Below, one piece after another: positions 31,030-40,940 of a stretch of DNA of 64,000 bases. The DNA is from Candidatus Acidiferrales bacterium (GTDB lineage Archaea; Halobacteriota; Bog-38; Methanoflorentales; Methanoflorentaceae), in contig DASPRZ010000063.1 in assembly GCA_035624185.1 (NCBI GenBank), positions 2,349-66,348 on the forward strand, read 5' to 3'. Numbering within the stretch: position 1 is the stretch's first letter; each line of letters starts with the position of its first letter. The notes beneath the pieces are model-generated. The model had not been told where the DNA came from, did no database searches, and saw only the letters and a list, made by a program, of their open reading frames with translations. A program made the translations under genes and the position numbers.

Positions 31030-31647
31030 ATGGTTCAAATGGCAGAGGGTTGGATACCAAAAACGAGGCTGGGGCACCTTGTCTATGAGGGAAAAATAGC
31101 TACCTTCGAAGATGCAGTGGCAACAAGATTTCCCATAAAAGAAGCAGAGATAATAGATATACTTCTACCAGAACTCACGGATGAAGTGCTCGATATAAAT
31201 ATGGTGCAACGTATGACGGATTCGGGACGCCGAATTAAGTTTAGAGCAGTCGTTGTAGTAGGAAACGGAGATGGATACGTGGGATTCGCGGAAGGTAAGG
31301 ATGTTCAAGCAGGACCTGCGATACGTAAGGCAATAGAAATAGCCAAATTAAATCTCATTAAAGTTAAGCGGGGATGTGGATCTTGGGAATGCGGCTGTAG
31401 TGAGGTTCATACGGTTCCATACACGGTAGAAGGGAAAGCGGGTTCTGTTAAGGTCGTACTTAAACCAGCACCTAGAGGCCTTGGAATAGCGTCGGGTGGT
31501 ACTGCAAAAAAAGTACTTGAGCTTGCTGGTGTAAAAGATGTATGGACAAGAACATCGGGGCAGACGCGTTCTACAATAAATTTTGCGAAGGCTACTTTCG
31601 AGGCATTGAAAAAGACGACCACTATTAAGATAGGAGGAGTAGAGTGA
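31030..31647 (+). CDS. rps5: 30S ribosomal protein S5
   Basis: ..W.PKT.LG.LV..G.I......[17 protein letters not shown]...A..AIRKA, 205 aa. Confidence 0.95.
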   Translation: MVQMAEGWIPKTRLGHLVYEGKIATFEDAVATRFPIKEAEIIDILLPELTDEVLDINMVQRMTDSGRRIKFRAVVVVGNGDGYVGFAEGKDVQAGPAIRKAIEIAKLNLIKVKRGCGSWECGCSEVHTVPYTVEGKAGSVKVVLKPAPRGLGIASGGTAKKVLELAGVKDVWTRTSGQTRSTINFAKATFEALKKTTTIKIGGVE

Positions 31648-31648
31648 A

Positions 31649-32110
31649 ATGGTCTATGCAGTCGTCAAGATGAGAGGCGTAGTCAAATCAAAACCGGATG
31701 TACGGCGAACGCTCGAACTTTTAAATCTAGACAGAACCAACCATTGTGTTATAGTTGAGGATACTGAGCATTATCGCGGAATGCTCCAAAAAGTCAAAGA
31801 TTATGTAGCTTGGGGAGAGATTGATGTTGAGACCCTAACGATTTTGCTTAATAAGCGGGGCGCGCTAAGTGGGCGTAGAAAGCTCACAGATGATTATTTG
31901 AAGAGCAACTCACAATTTAAAGACACTAAATCGCTCGCTCGAGCTGTAGTTGATGGACACATTAACTTAAAATCTATTCCAGACTTAAAGCCAGTTTTGA
32001 GGCTTCATCCCCCGCGAAAAGGCCATAGAGGCATTAAAAAGCCGTTTCCACAAGGAATTCTCGGATTTCACAGCGATAAGATTAACGACTTGCTTTTGAG
32101 GATGAGGTAG
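31649..32110 (+). CDS. rpl30: 50S ribosomal protein L30
   Basis: MVYAVVKMRG.V.....V..TLELLNL.R.NHCV.., 153 aa. Confidence 0.95.
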   Translation: MVYAVVKMRGVVKSKPDVRRTLELLNLDRTNHCVIVEDTEHYRGMLQKVKDYVAWGEIDVETLTILLNKRGALSGRRKLTDDYLKSNSQFKDTKSLARAVVDGHINLKSIPDLKPVLRLHPPRKGHRGIKKPFPQGILGFHSDKINDLLLRMR

Positions 32111-32114
32111 AGAC

Positions 32115-32540
32115 ATGGCAGGTAAAAATAAGACGAAAAAATTTAGAGGCAGTCGTACTTGCGGCGGCGGCACGCACAAAAACCGTAGAGGCGGAGGTAG
32201 CCGAGGGGGGCGCGGGCACGCGGGTGGGTGTAAGCACCACTTTGTGCGAGAAATGCTCGAAGGCCGAGGTTACGGCGATTTTGGGTTTAAAAGACCGCAG
32301 AAGGTAACATATGAAGTTCGTGTTATAGATATAGGAACCATAGATGAAAGTGCCGATCGCCTTGTTGAACAAGGACAAGCCGAATTTCGTGATGACATTT
32401 ATTATATGCAGCTCGATGTAGATAAAGTGCTGGGAAGCGGTAGAGTAACGAAAAAGATGATGATAACTGCGAACAGCTTTTCTGAGAAAGCAATCTTTGA
32501 GATAAAGTCGGCAGGCGGCGAGGCTATAACTCCCGAATGA
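32115..32540 (+). CDS. rpl15: 50S ribosomal protein L15
   Basis: ..KKFRGSRTCGGG.HKNRRG.GSRGGRG.AG..KH.., 141 aa. Confidence 0.95.
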   Translation: MAGKNKTKKFRGSRTCGGGTHKNRRGGGSRGGRGHAGGCKHHFVREMLEGRGYGDFGFKRPQKVTYEVRVIDIGTIDESADRLVEQGQAEFRDDIYYMQLDVDKVLGSGRVTKKMMITANSFSEKAIFEIKSAGGEAITPE

Positions 32541-32596
32541 TATGATATACGATGAAGTTATGTAAAAAAGCAATCGAATGATCTCAGTGATACGTA

Positions 32597-34057
32597 ATGA
32601 GCGAATTTAGCATAAAAGATGCTGCAGAACCATTCTTGAAGAGGCTCCCGGCTGTTTCAAAGCCTGTTGGACATGTTCATTTCCGGAAAAAGCTCATCTG
32701 GACCATTGGTGTGCTCGCCATATATTTCATTTTAACGAACGTTATGATCTTTGGCTTATCGCCGCAGTCTCACGATCTTTTTGGATTTTATCGAGCAATT
32801 ATGGCGGGAAGCTCAGGATCCATAATGCAGCTTGGTATAGGTCCAATCGTAACTGCATCGATTATACTGCAACTCTTTAAAGGTGCTGACATAATTAAAC
32901 TTGATACTAGTGATCCGCGCGATCAGGCTATATACCAGGGGCTTCAGAAGCTCCTTATTTTTGTCATGATATTTGTAGAAGCAGCGCCACAGGTACTTGG
33001 AGGGTATCTTGCACCCGACCCAGGTCTTGCCGCCTCCACGGGATTGGGACTCAATGTAATATCTCTCATAATTTTTATACAAGTCATTATAGGTGGTGTC
33101 CTCATTTTGTTTTTAGACGAGATTGTCAGTAAATGGGGGGTTGGTTCTGGAGTCGGGATGTTTATAGTCGCCGGAGTAGCGCAAGGTCTTGTAACTGGCA
33201 CCATTAACTGGAATATTGAAGTTCCAACTGGTTTGGCAGCTGGGTTTATACCTAGACTCATACAGGTAATTAGTAGTACATCTCTGCCGCAGCTTTTAAG
33301 TAGCCAGGGGCTTACGTTCCTTCTCATTCAAGGTGGGATACTAGCAGCTATTAGTACTGTTGCAATATTTGTGGTCGTCGTTTACGTGGAAAGTACGCGT
33401 ATCGAAATCCCCCTGGCGCATAGTTCTGTGCGGGGGGCGCGAGGAAGGTTCCCTGTTAAGCTTATCTATGCCAGTGTGCTGCCGATGATCTTAGTACGCG
33501 CATTACAGGCGAACGTCCAGATGATCGGGATATTAATGTATAACGCTGGGTTTAAGTGGGTTGGCTCGTTCACGGGCAATAAACCTACTTCTGGACTTAT
33601 GTACTACTTGGCACCCATTAACAGTCCAAGCGACTGGCTTCCAAGTCTTTCGGGACATGCGTGGTATGAGGTTCTTTTACGCTCTGGAATAGACATCGGT
33701 GTAATGGTTATTGGCGGCATAATCTTTGCTTTATTCTGGATCGAAACAACTGGAATGGGGCCAAAAGCCGTAGCAGAACAGATACAAAATTCGGGAATGA
33801 GCATCCCGGGCTTTCGGCGAGATCCTAAAATTATTGAAAAGGTAATGTCTCGATACATCCCAAAGGTTACTGTGATAGGTGGTGCATTTATTGGAATTCT
33901 CGCAGTTGTTGCGAATTTCTTAGGAACAATTGGTAATGTTGGTGGGACATCTTTGTTGTTAGCTGTAAGCATCGTTTACAGGTTGTACGAGCAACTAGCT
34001 AATGAGCAGGTCATGGAGATGCATCCAATGTTAAGACGTTTCTTAGGAGAAGCATAG
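32597..34057 (+). CDS. secY: preprotein translocase subunit SecY
   Basis: 486 aa, 10-TM profile. ..IMQLGIGPIVTASIILQL.. and ..GG.SLLL.VSIVY..YE. Terminal gene of the spc-type operon. Confidence 0.95.
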   Translation: MSEFSIKDAAEPFLKRLPAVSKPVGHVHFRKKLIWTIGVLAIYFILTNVMIFGLSPQSHDLFGFYRAIMAGSSGSIMQLGIGPIVTASIILQLFKGADIIKLDTSDPRDQAIYQGLQKLLIFVMIFVEAAPQVLGGYLAPDPGLAASTGLGLNVISLIIFIQVIIGGVLILFLDEIVSKWGVGSGVGMFIVAGVAQGLVTGTINWNIEVPTGLAAGFIPRLIQVISSTSLPQLLSSQGLTFLLIQGGILAAISTVAIFVVVVYVESTRIEIPLAHSSVRGARGRFPVKLIYASVLPMILVRALQANVQMIGILMYNAGFKWVGSFTGNKPTSGLMYYLAPINSPSDWLPSLSGHAWYEVLLRSGIDIGVMVIGGIIFALFWIETTGMGPKAVAEQIQNSGMSIPGFRRDPKIIEKVMSRYIPKVTVIGGAFIGILAVVANFLGTIGNVGGTSLLLAVSIVYRLYEQLANEQVMEMHPMLRRFLGEA

Positions 34058-34083
34058 CACATGTGAGAAGGGCCTGACGCAGC

Positions 34084-34105
34084 TTTTAGATTTTTTAGTT
34101 TTTTT
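34084..34105 (+). terminator. oligo-T tracts (T4, T6, T7) downstream of secY; likely an archaeal intrinsic terminator
   Basis: The sequence cttttagattttttagttttttt begins 27 nt after the secY stop. Archaeal RNAP terminates at oligo-T runs. Confidence 0.5.
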
Positions 34106-34674
34106 ATCATTTTCGTGAGTGAAAATTAAAATAATTGGGTACGGGACATAGTTATTCAGTATGGGCAAACAGCTATTCAATACATAATTTGTAAGACGAA
34201 ACACTTAGATACACAAGTTGATTTGGTAATGTCCATCTTTCATTTATATCATTTCAGTGGTATTGTAACAGTAGTAGGAAATATTATAACACAAACCTCG
34301 CAGAAACCGCAAAATCAGCAATTACGACTAAAAAATTAGTTTTATAACAATTACTGTTAATCGAAATCAAGAAATTTTAGTTCAGCTACTGAAGGACATA
34401 ACGTACTAAAAGACCTTATAACGTGTAGAATATGTAGTCAGGTAGCAGCAAACACCTAAGCTGCAAACTCATAACGTTATTATGTTAAGTCAAGTAAATT
34501 ATAAGAAGTCATTTTTCACAAAACAAAACAATTTTAGATAAACAAATTAAAGAAATTATTAATACATTGAAAGCAGTGGGGGCAACAATTTATTGGACCA
34601 AACGTATAGTATTATTGAAGTTGTAACAAAGAACAAACTGTTGAGATAAAGACGGGCAAGGAGATGAATATACA

Positions 34675-34923
34675 ATGTCGAATGTTAAGATAACCCGAGC
34701 GGATCTCGATAGGTATGAAGATGATTATGCTATTCTGATAGCCGAAGATGGATCTACAGAAGAACTCCACAAAGCATTATTACCTTCTGGATTAAAACCA
34801 GGTAGCAAAATAACAATATCGGTTGAATTTGACGAGAACGCTACAAAAGATGCAGAAAGTAGAGTAGATTGGTTATTGAAAGAGCTCAAAGCGAGAGGAG
34901 AGCGCTTAAATTCGAAACTGTAA
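34675..34923 (+). CDS. small conserved hypothetical protein (DUF3006-like)
   Basis: 82 aa. ..DRYEDDYAIL..EDG.......ALLPSGLKPGSKI.. resembles the DUF3006 pattern (from memory). AAGGAG lies upstream. Confidence 0.55.
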   Translation: MSNVKITRADLDRYEDDYAILIAEDGSTEELHKALLPSGLKPGSKITISVEFDENATKDAESRVDWLLKELKARGERLNSKL

Positions 34924-34998
34924 TAATGAGCAATTAGTTGGATGAGAACGGCTACAATATTTTCATTGGTTATAACTTAAAATTAACGAGGTGATTAT

Positions 34999-35283
34999 GT
35001 GGCCGCTGGATACCCTCCTGGAGACTTTACACCCCCACAAGGCGAACTTAATGTCGATATAACGTCTAAAAAGCAAAAAATAATGATGTCGTTCTTTTCG
35101 AACTTCATCAGCATATACTTTAATGAAAATGAGTTTGTGATAGATTTTGCTCAGCAGCCCATTCGAGAAGATGAAATGCCCTCTGTAAGGATTTTTATGA
35201 CCCCTAAACAATTTGACAAACTTGTTGAAGCAACAAATAACGCATATAATGAGTTTCTATCAAAGCACGGTTTACAGCCGTAA
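34999..35283 (+). CDS. small conserved hypothetical protein (DUF3467-like)
   Basis: 94 aa. ..FSNF..I.FNENEFVIDFAQ......MPSVRIFMTPKQFDKLV.A....YNEF resembles DUF3467 (from memory). The GTG start is preceded by a near-perfect SD, GAGGTGAT. Confidence 0.6.
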   Translation: MAAGYPPGDFTPPQGELNVDITSKKQKIMMSFFSNFISIYFNENEFVIDFAQQPIREDEMPSVRIFMTPKQFDKLVEATNNAYNEFLSKHGLQP

Positions 35284-35352
35284 CTTGGTTTTAGAATGAT
35301 TGGATGTATGTTGAGATTGAGAGCTACGTAGACCTACCCGTTATTTGGAGGA

Positions 35353-35946
35353 TTGAATAATTTGACACATGTCACTATATTGACCGGAGTTCCTGCTAGT
35401 GGAGGAACCACTGTCACAAAACACGCAATTGAAAAACTAGAAGCTGAAGGCGAACGGTTTAAAATGGTAACATACAGTGATATAATGCTTGAAGAGGCTT
35501 TATTGCGGAATTGGGTCGCGGTACGTGACGACATGAGAAAAATGGATCCCACAAGACAGAAAGAGCTTCAAATAATCGCCGCGAAAAAAATTGCGGAAAT
35601 AAAAACTGCGTCGATTATTGTTGACACTCACGCTACGATAAGAACTACTAAGGGGTACCTTCCAGGACTTCCAATTTGGGTCTTGGATAAGTTAAAGCCA
35701 GAAATGATTATAGTCGTCGAGGCTTCGGAGGAGCAGATTCTAAGGAGAAGAAGCGCTGATAAATCGAGGATGCGTGATGTTCAGGATGTGGCAGGAGTAA
35801 GGGAACATCAAGAGGTAAACAGGGCTACCTGCATGGCATACGCATTCTACACTGGTGCCCCCGTAAAGATTCTGCAGAACAAAGATGGTAAACTTTTAGA
35901 TGCAGTGGAGGAATTTCTAAACGCTTTAAGACAGACCACGTCTTAG
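35353..35946 (+). CDS. adkA: adenylate kinase, archaeal type
   Basis: ..ILTGVPASGGTTV (P-loop)...IVDTHA.I.T..GYLPGLP..V.....P..I..VEA... The probable true start is TTG 35362, 9 nt after GGAGGA. Confidence 0.9.
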   Translation: MNNLTHVTILTGVPASGGTTVTKHAIEKLEAEGERFKMVTYSDIMLEEALLRNWVAVRDDMRKMDPTRQKELQIIAAKKIAEIKTASIIVDTHATIRTTKGYLPGLPIWVLDKLKPEMIIVVEASEEQILRRRSADKSRMRDVQDVAGVREHQEVNRATCMAYAFYTGAPVKILQNKDGKLLDAVEEFLNALRQTTS

Positions 35947-35968
35947 ATTTAGCAAGGAGATCTGATCT

Positions 35969-36502
35969 TTGATCATCACTATCAGCGGCCTATCTGGAAG
36001 TGGCAAGACAACAGTCGCAAAGGCTTTATCTGAAAATCTCAACTATAAATACGTGTCATCTGGAGATGCTTTTAGACAGCTAGCTTGCGAGCGCAGCATG
36101 AATCTGGAGCAATTTAGTATCCTTGCGGAACATGATCCAGAAATTGACAGAATGATTGATAAAAGACAAGTTGACATAGTGAGTCGCTATAAAGATGTTA
36201 TATTTGAAGGCAGACTCTCAGGCAGGATCGTAAATGGCGACCTTAAAGTCTGGCTCAAGGCACCTCTTGAAGTTAGAGTGAAGCGAATTGCGAAGCGGGA
36301 GCAAAAATCTTACGCACAGGCTTGCAATGAAACACGATTAAGAGAGATCAGCGAAGCGAAGCGGTACTTAGAAATTTATAACATTGATATTTTTAACTTG
36401 AGCACTTATGATCTTGTCATCGATACTCAGCATTGGAACCAACATTCTGTTATCGATATAATTTTAACCGCAGTTAAACAAAGTGAAATGATTAAAAGAT
36501 AA
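35969..36502 (+). CDS. cmk: cytidylate kinase, archaeal type
   Basis: MIITISGLSGSGKTTVAK.L...L.YKYVSSGD.FR.., 177 aa. Follows adkA as in many archaea. Confidence 0.9.
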   Translation: MIITISGLSGSGKTTVAKALSENLNYKYVSSGDAFRQLACERSMNLEQFSILAEHDPEIDRMIDKRQVDIVSRYKDVIFEGRLSGRIVNGDLKVWLKAPLEVRVKRIAKREQKSYAQACNETRLREISEAKRYLEIYNIDIFNLSTYDLVIDTQHWNQHSVIDIILTAVKQSEMIKR

Positions 36503-36513
36503 GTTGTTTCGCC

Positions 36514-37410
36514 ATGGTGAACCCGAAAGATCGAAGTGTTGAAGAACTTATTAGAAAAGGTGTAGTCAATATCGATAAGCCTCGAGGTCCAAGTAGTCAC
36601 GAAGTGGCTGCGTGGGTGAAACGGGCGCTTATGATCAATAAGGCAGGACATAGTGGAACCTTGGACCCAAAAGTTACCGGCGTTCTTCCGATAATGCTTC
36701 AGGATGCTACGAAGGCTATCGGAGGCTTAGTCAATGTATCGAAAGAATATGTATGCGTCCTCCATCTACACAAAGAAGTACCTGTGAAGAAAGTTTCTGA
36801 AATATTTACGGAATTTACCGGAGTAATTTATCAACGTCCTCCAGTTAAGTCAGCGGTAAAACGACAAATACGAAAGCGCGAAATTTATAACATCGATTTT
36901 TTGGAACACACTGGAAAAGATGTCTTGTTTAAAGTAGGTTGTGAAGCAGGAACGTACATTAGAAAGCTTTGTCATGATGTAGGTGAGGCGCTTGGCGTCG
37001 GAGGACATATGTCAGAGCTACGGAGAACAAAATCCGGGATCTTTGACGAATCTACAATTGTAACCCTTCACGATTTGAAAGATGCTCATCATTTTTGGGT
37101 TGAAGATGGAGAGGACGGCCCGATAAAGGACATAATAAAACCGTTAGAGTACGGGTTACGTCATTTACCGAAGATTGTCATTCGAGACACAGCTGTTGAT
37201 GCTATTTGTCACGGAGCAAAGCTTACAGATCCTGGAGTTATATCAGTAGGCGATTTTAAAAAAAAGCAACTTGTTGGAATCTATACGCGCGATGGTGAGA
37301 TCATAGCACTAGGAATTTCAGTGCTTGAGGGAGGAATTATTGCGGAAACAAAGAGAGTTATAATGGAACCCGGCACATACCCTCGGTATTGGAAATCAAA
37401 GGAACGTTAG
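36514..37410 (+). CDS. cbf5: H/ACA RNP pseudouridine synthase Cbf5 (TruB family, with PUA domain)
   Basis: ..G.VNIDKP.GPSSHEV.AWVK......KAGHSGTLDPKVTGVLP.. catalytic Asp motif. C-terminal PUA region ..A.DAICHGA.L..PG. Confidence 0.9.
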   Translation: MVNPKDRSVEELIRKGVVNIDKPRGPSSHEVAAWVKRALMINKAGHSGTLDPKVTGVLPIMLQDATKAIGGLVNVSKEYVCVLHLHKEVPVKKVSEIFTEFTGVIYQRPPVKSAVKRQIRKREIYNIDFLEHTGKDVLFKVGCEAGTYIRKLCHDVGEALGVGGHMSELRRTKSGIFDESTIVTLHDLKDAHHFWVEDGEDGPIKDIIKPLEYGLRHLPKIVIRDTAVDAICHGAKLTDPGVISVGDFKKKQLVGIYTRDGEIIALGISVLEGGIIAETKRVIMEPGTYPRYWKSKER

Positions 37411-37581
37411 CATAGGCTTGATGTTCTGTTACTATCAAGTTCCATATTGGCACTAAGAATCTCTATGGTGTTTGTGGAACATTCGCTGAACTTTGTTAGA
37501 GTTAAAACTATCTTTTAGCAAGTTTAACTTGTGATTGAACTATATTGTCTATTGATAGGATAACACTTTAAGTTTAGAAGA

Positions 37582-38085
37582 TTGACGGTTATAATGAAAG
37601 TATTTTCCGTTTATGGTTTTTCTAAATCGGGTAAAACTACAACCATAGTTGAGATAATTAAAGAGCTTAAACTACGCGGATATTCCGTATCAACGATTAA
37701 AGATATTCACGTGAATGATTTTACTGTTGATGTCGTAGGAAAGGATACTTGGCGACATTGGAAAGCTGGAGCAGAAATCGTTGGAATAAGAACTACTAAT
37801 GAGAGTACGATAATGATCAAGAAACCAGTGAGTGTTTTTAAGCTGATGGAACACTTCGATACAGACTATCTTATATTTGAAGGTTTCAGAGACATTGCAA
37901 TCCCCAAAATACTCTGTGCAAAGAACGAGAAAGGTATACAAGATGATATGCAGAAATCTGTCTTCTGCATTGCGGGTGTTGTTTCAACTCAATTATCAAA
38001 ATATTTGAATTTACCCATCATAAATGCTATTACAGATGTTTCACGAATCGTTGACATCGTAGAAGTGTGTAGTCTAGAGCTTTGA
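37582..38085 (+). CDS. mobB: molybdopterin-guanine dinucleotide biosynthesis adaptor MobB
   Basis: ..V.GFSKSGKTT.IVE.I.EL..RGY.V..IK..H.. P-loop. The likely start is ATG 37594. Confidence 0.75.
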   Translation: MTVIMKVFSVYGFSKSGKTTTIVEIIKELKLRGYSVSTIKDIHVNDFTVDVVGKDTWRHWKAGAEIVGIRTTNESTIMIKKPVSVFKLMEHFDTDYLIFEGFRDIAIPKILCAKNEKGIQDDMQKSVFCIAGVVSTQLSKYLNLPIINAITDVSRIVDIVEVCSLEL

Positions 38086-38216
38086 TAAGAACACCTTTGA
38101 CGAATGAATTTATACGGTTTGTCAGTAAAGATGGATAGGAAGCAGTGCGAAGATTAATTAAACCGATTTAATACTTTTATGCGTACATAAGATCTCGTGC
38201 TCAGATAATGTTGCGA

Positions 38217-38873
38217 CTAAATTAGTGTCGGATCATCGGTTTGAAATAAAGTATCTCGTTGCAAAACTTTATAATAATGAGTGAATAGTGCGTCTAAGTC
38301 TGAAGGCGTATTTATATTAAAAGCAAGCGAATTATCGTTAAGGACAAGTATGATTTCCTCTTGTATGTTGTCTATGCTCTTTCCGTCAACAACATTAAGT
38401 CCAACAGGGACTAATTGATTATCGTCAATTTTAAAGATTAAATCTGGTTTTACTGAGACAGCTTCAAGCAAGCGAGATGGAATGTAAACTGCAAGTGCTC
38501 CGCTACACTTTAGTAAATAAAAATCAACGACCTTATTTATGAGATTTTTATTTATCAGTGGAATATCTGCTGTGACTGTAAGAAAAGGATTTTTAATATT
38601 AAGTTTTTTGGCAGCCCAAACATAGTCGTCAATAAAACTCTTCCCAGACGTAAGTATAATATTTAATTTTGAATTTTCTACCCACTTCTTAGTTTTTGGT
38701 GTATAAGGGGATACTGCTACAGTTATTTTTTCAATTTTTGAACGTTTTAGCTCTCGAATAACGTGAGCTATCATTGGCTGGCCAATAAATTCTATTAATG
38801 GTTTTTCTGTACTCTTAGAATTAAATCTTGTGCCTTTCCCACCTGCCATCACAATTGCTTCCATAAATGTCAC
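38217..38873 (-). CDS. cobY: adenosylcobinamide-phosphate guanylyltransferase CobY (NTP-transferase fold)
   Basis: ..AIVMAGGKGTRF......KPL.EF.G.PMI.HV.. Directly downstream of cobS with overlapping stop and start. Confidence 0.7.
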   Translation of the reverse strand: MTFMEAIVMAGGKGTRFNSKSTEKPLIEFIGQPMIAHVIRELKRSKIEKITVAVSPYTPKTKKWVENSKLNIILTSGKSFIDDYVWAAKKLNIKNPFLTVTADIPLINKNLINKVVDFYLLKCSGALAVYIPSRLLEAVSVKPDLIFKIDDNQLVPVGLNVVDGKSIDNIQEEIILVLNDNSLAFNINTPSDLDALFTHYYKVLQRDTLFQTDDPTLI

Positions 38874-39616
38874 CTAATAAGGCTTATTGCGATTAACGCT
38901 ACCACACGGCCAAGTTCATTGGAGGATCCTATGACATCGCCACTTATACCACCAAAAGATACATCTGCGAGTTTTAGCAATCCACTAGCTAAAATAGTAG
39001 CTGAGAGGAGTCCTACAATACCTTTCCAACTCAAGCAGATAAATGAAACGAGAAACGCGAGGATCAATGCGATTATAAATGTGGTCGGGGTCGAACGTTC
39101 AGAAAATAATGATCCGAGGCCTTTATGTGTTGCTTTTCCAAATGCTGCTATCTCGACCATGGATAACTTACCTGAAATCTCTGCAGTGATCAATGCAGGC
39201 AGTAAGACGTTTCGTACAGAGATTATACCAACAAACAAGAGTAAGAATGAGAGTACGCAAAAGGCGATTCCGCCAACCCCAACATAAGGTTCTTTTATTA
39301 CTTTGCGCCTCTCCTCCATAGTCCCGTGTTTGAGGAGTCCATCTCCCATATCGACTAACCCATCGAGATGTATAAAACCTGTGATTGAATAAAGTGCCAC
39401 TACTGTAATTGATGATTGCAAAAAAACATTGGCATTGGGGAGGAGCGATAGTGCCAACCCAACAATTCCAGTTAGGAATCCTATGAAGGCCCCAATTAAG
39501 ACGTAAATATACATGTTATTTGCTAGATCTTCAAGCCCATTTAAACTGAAACCTACTGGAATTGTCGTTAGAAAACCTAGTCCAGCTCTTGTGGCTTCAA
39601 ACATTCTATGGGACAT
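38870..39616 (-). CDS. cobS: adenosylcobinamide-GDP ribazoletransferase (cobalamin synthase) CobS
   Basis: 248 aa, polytopic. ..A..FLT.IPV........L......P.IGA.IG......HLDGL.D.GDGL.. CobS motifs. Confidence 0.85.
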   Translation of the reverse strand: MSHRMFEATRAGLGFLTTIPVGFSLNGLEDLANNMYIYVLIGAFIGFLTGIVGLALSLLPNANVFLQSSITVVALYSITGFIHLDGLVDMGDGLLKHGTMEERRKVIKEPYVGVGGIAFCVLSFLLLFVGIISVRNVLLPALITAEISGKLSMVEIAAFGKATHKGLGSLFSERSTPTTFIIALILAFLVSFICLSWKGIVGLLSATILASGLLKLADVSFGGISGDVIGSSNELGRVVALIAISLIR

Positions 39617-40067
39617 TCTTCATTCCTCTATCGTACATATTCGCCGATACACCTCCTATTAACCCTGCTATGACATCATCCATAAAAGGTCCGAGTTCAC
39701 CTAGAATCCCGGGCTTTTTGTTATCAAACCTAATGTAGTCGAAATGTCCTTTATAACCTCCGATATAGGTAGCTACGCAACTCCCCAAAACTTCGTCAGC
39801 TATTAAACAAGTAAGATCATTGCCATACGTGGTAGGATCTAGGCCAGGAATAAGGCCATTTTGTGCATCTCGTTCAAGCGCTATTCCTATATAAACTAAA
39901 ATACAGAGGTTAGGGTCAGAAAAAGCGTGGGATAATTCGTCGTTAAATACTCGCCTCGCTTTGTCCAATGTTTCAACGCCCGGATGTGGTACCCAAAGTT
40001 TCATTGCTGTTTCAGTTATGTCATCAAACGTAATTCCAATTATACGCATCATTTCTCTAATGTCCAT
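39606..40067 (-). CDS. cobZ: alpha-ribazole-5'-phosphate phosphatase CobZ-like (PgpA-type domain)
   Basis: 153 aa with a C-terminal ..GPFMDDVIAGLIGG.. PgpA-type motif. First gene of a cobZ-cobS-cobY operon with overlapping ORFs. Confidence 0.6.
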   Translation of the reverse strand: MDIREMMRIIGITFDDITETAMKLWVPHPGVETLDKARRVFNDELSHAFSDPNLCILVYIGIALERDAQNGLIPGLDPTTYGNDLTCLIADEVLGSCVATYIGGYKGHFDYIRFDNKKPGILGELGPFMDDVIAGLIGGVSANMYDRGMKNVP

Positions 40068-40484
40068 TTAACCACCTTTCAAAAACTTATTTTTCTATGT
40101 TAGTTTTGCTTATAATGTCTACAGCAATGTAAATTTTCATAGATGTTTTAAAAATCGAAATGAATCTAAAATACGTATAGTTCATTTACATTACTGTGAC
40201 TGATTCAACTATTTGGATTCTATGATCACATTTGTCTGTAAGATATTTCATCAAACCTTTCTACAAATATTTTTGAGACAGCATAAAATCTGATAAGTCT
40301 TATATCTTGGCAAACATTTGTGCTGTCACTTGATATGCTGTAGTTTGTTTTATTAAGATTATAGTTTGTACTTATAGATTGCTTTATTATGGCTGGCTGT
40401 TTGCTAAATAGTCTTGCTAAAAATGATCACATTTTTAAACCTCGCAACTGGACATTTGCTGTCACTTAATCGTCGATTTTTCGA

Positions 40485-40871
40485 TTATGACAAGTTATGA
40501 TATTCGGACTCGAGTAGAACCATTTTTCCATTTGCTAAGTATATTGTGTTGTTGGTAATGGATTTTATATCGAATTGTCTAGTTATGTCCAACGACTTTA
40601 AAACATTCGAGTTCTCTTGGACAGGAGTCGTTGTATCACTGCTTCGTTCATAAATTGAAGTTAAATATTGATACGTGGGTTCCGTCAACGTATAGCTAGT
40701 GCCATCTTATGTTGTTGCAAAAACTTTTAAATATCCTACTGATAAATTCACTGAAACTTCGAGCTCGATAGTACTCGATGGTCCTTGTAGGTACAGGCGA
40801 AGGAGATGGCATCGTTAGCTGCACCGAGAGATTTATACAGCCATTGATAAGGAAACTGACGCTACAATCAA
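40485..40871 (-). pseudogene. possible decayed gene: a 129-codon frame with an SD and TTG start, interrupted by three in-frame TAA codons
   Basis: Minus strand: GAGGGAGA, 9 nt, TTG (40871), then MIVASVSLSMAV*ISRCS*RCHLLRLYLQGPSSTIELEVSVNLSVGYLKVFATT*DGTSYTLTEPTYQYLTSIYERSSD..LLESEYHNLS*. Only the last 67 codons appear in the ORF track (40485..40688). Confidence 0.3.
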
Positions 40872-40940
40872 AAGTATGTATCTCCCTCGGGTTCTCTTCT
40901 CGTACTCTATTAAGTTAAGTTTTGTAGGCATAATCTGCTG

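Noticed and set aside
32082-32573. 163-aa ORF antisense to rpl15/rpl30, together with similar long antisense ORFs at 29345-29704, 30151-30516, 26987-27328, 46076-46537, 6754-7140, 10072-10509 and 11774-12178
   Set aside because: These are shadow ORFs lying opposite strongly conserved genes. Their composition is low-complexity or biased, and they have no SD or recognisable motif.
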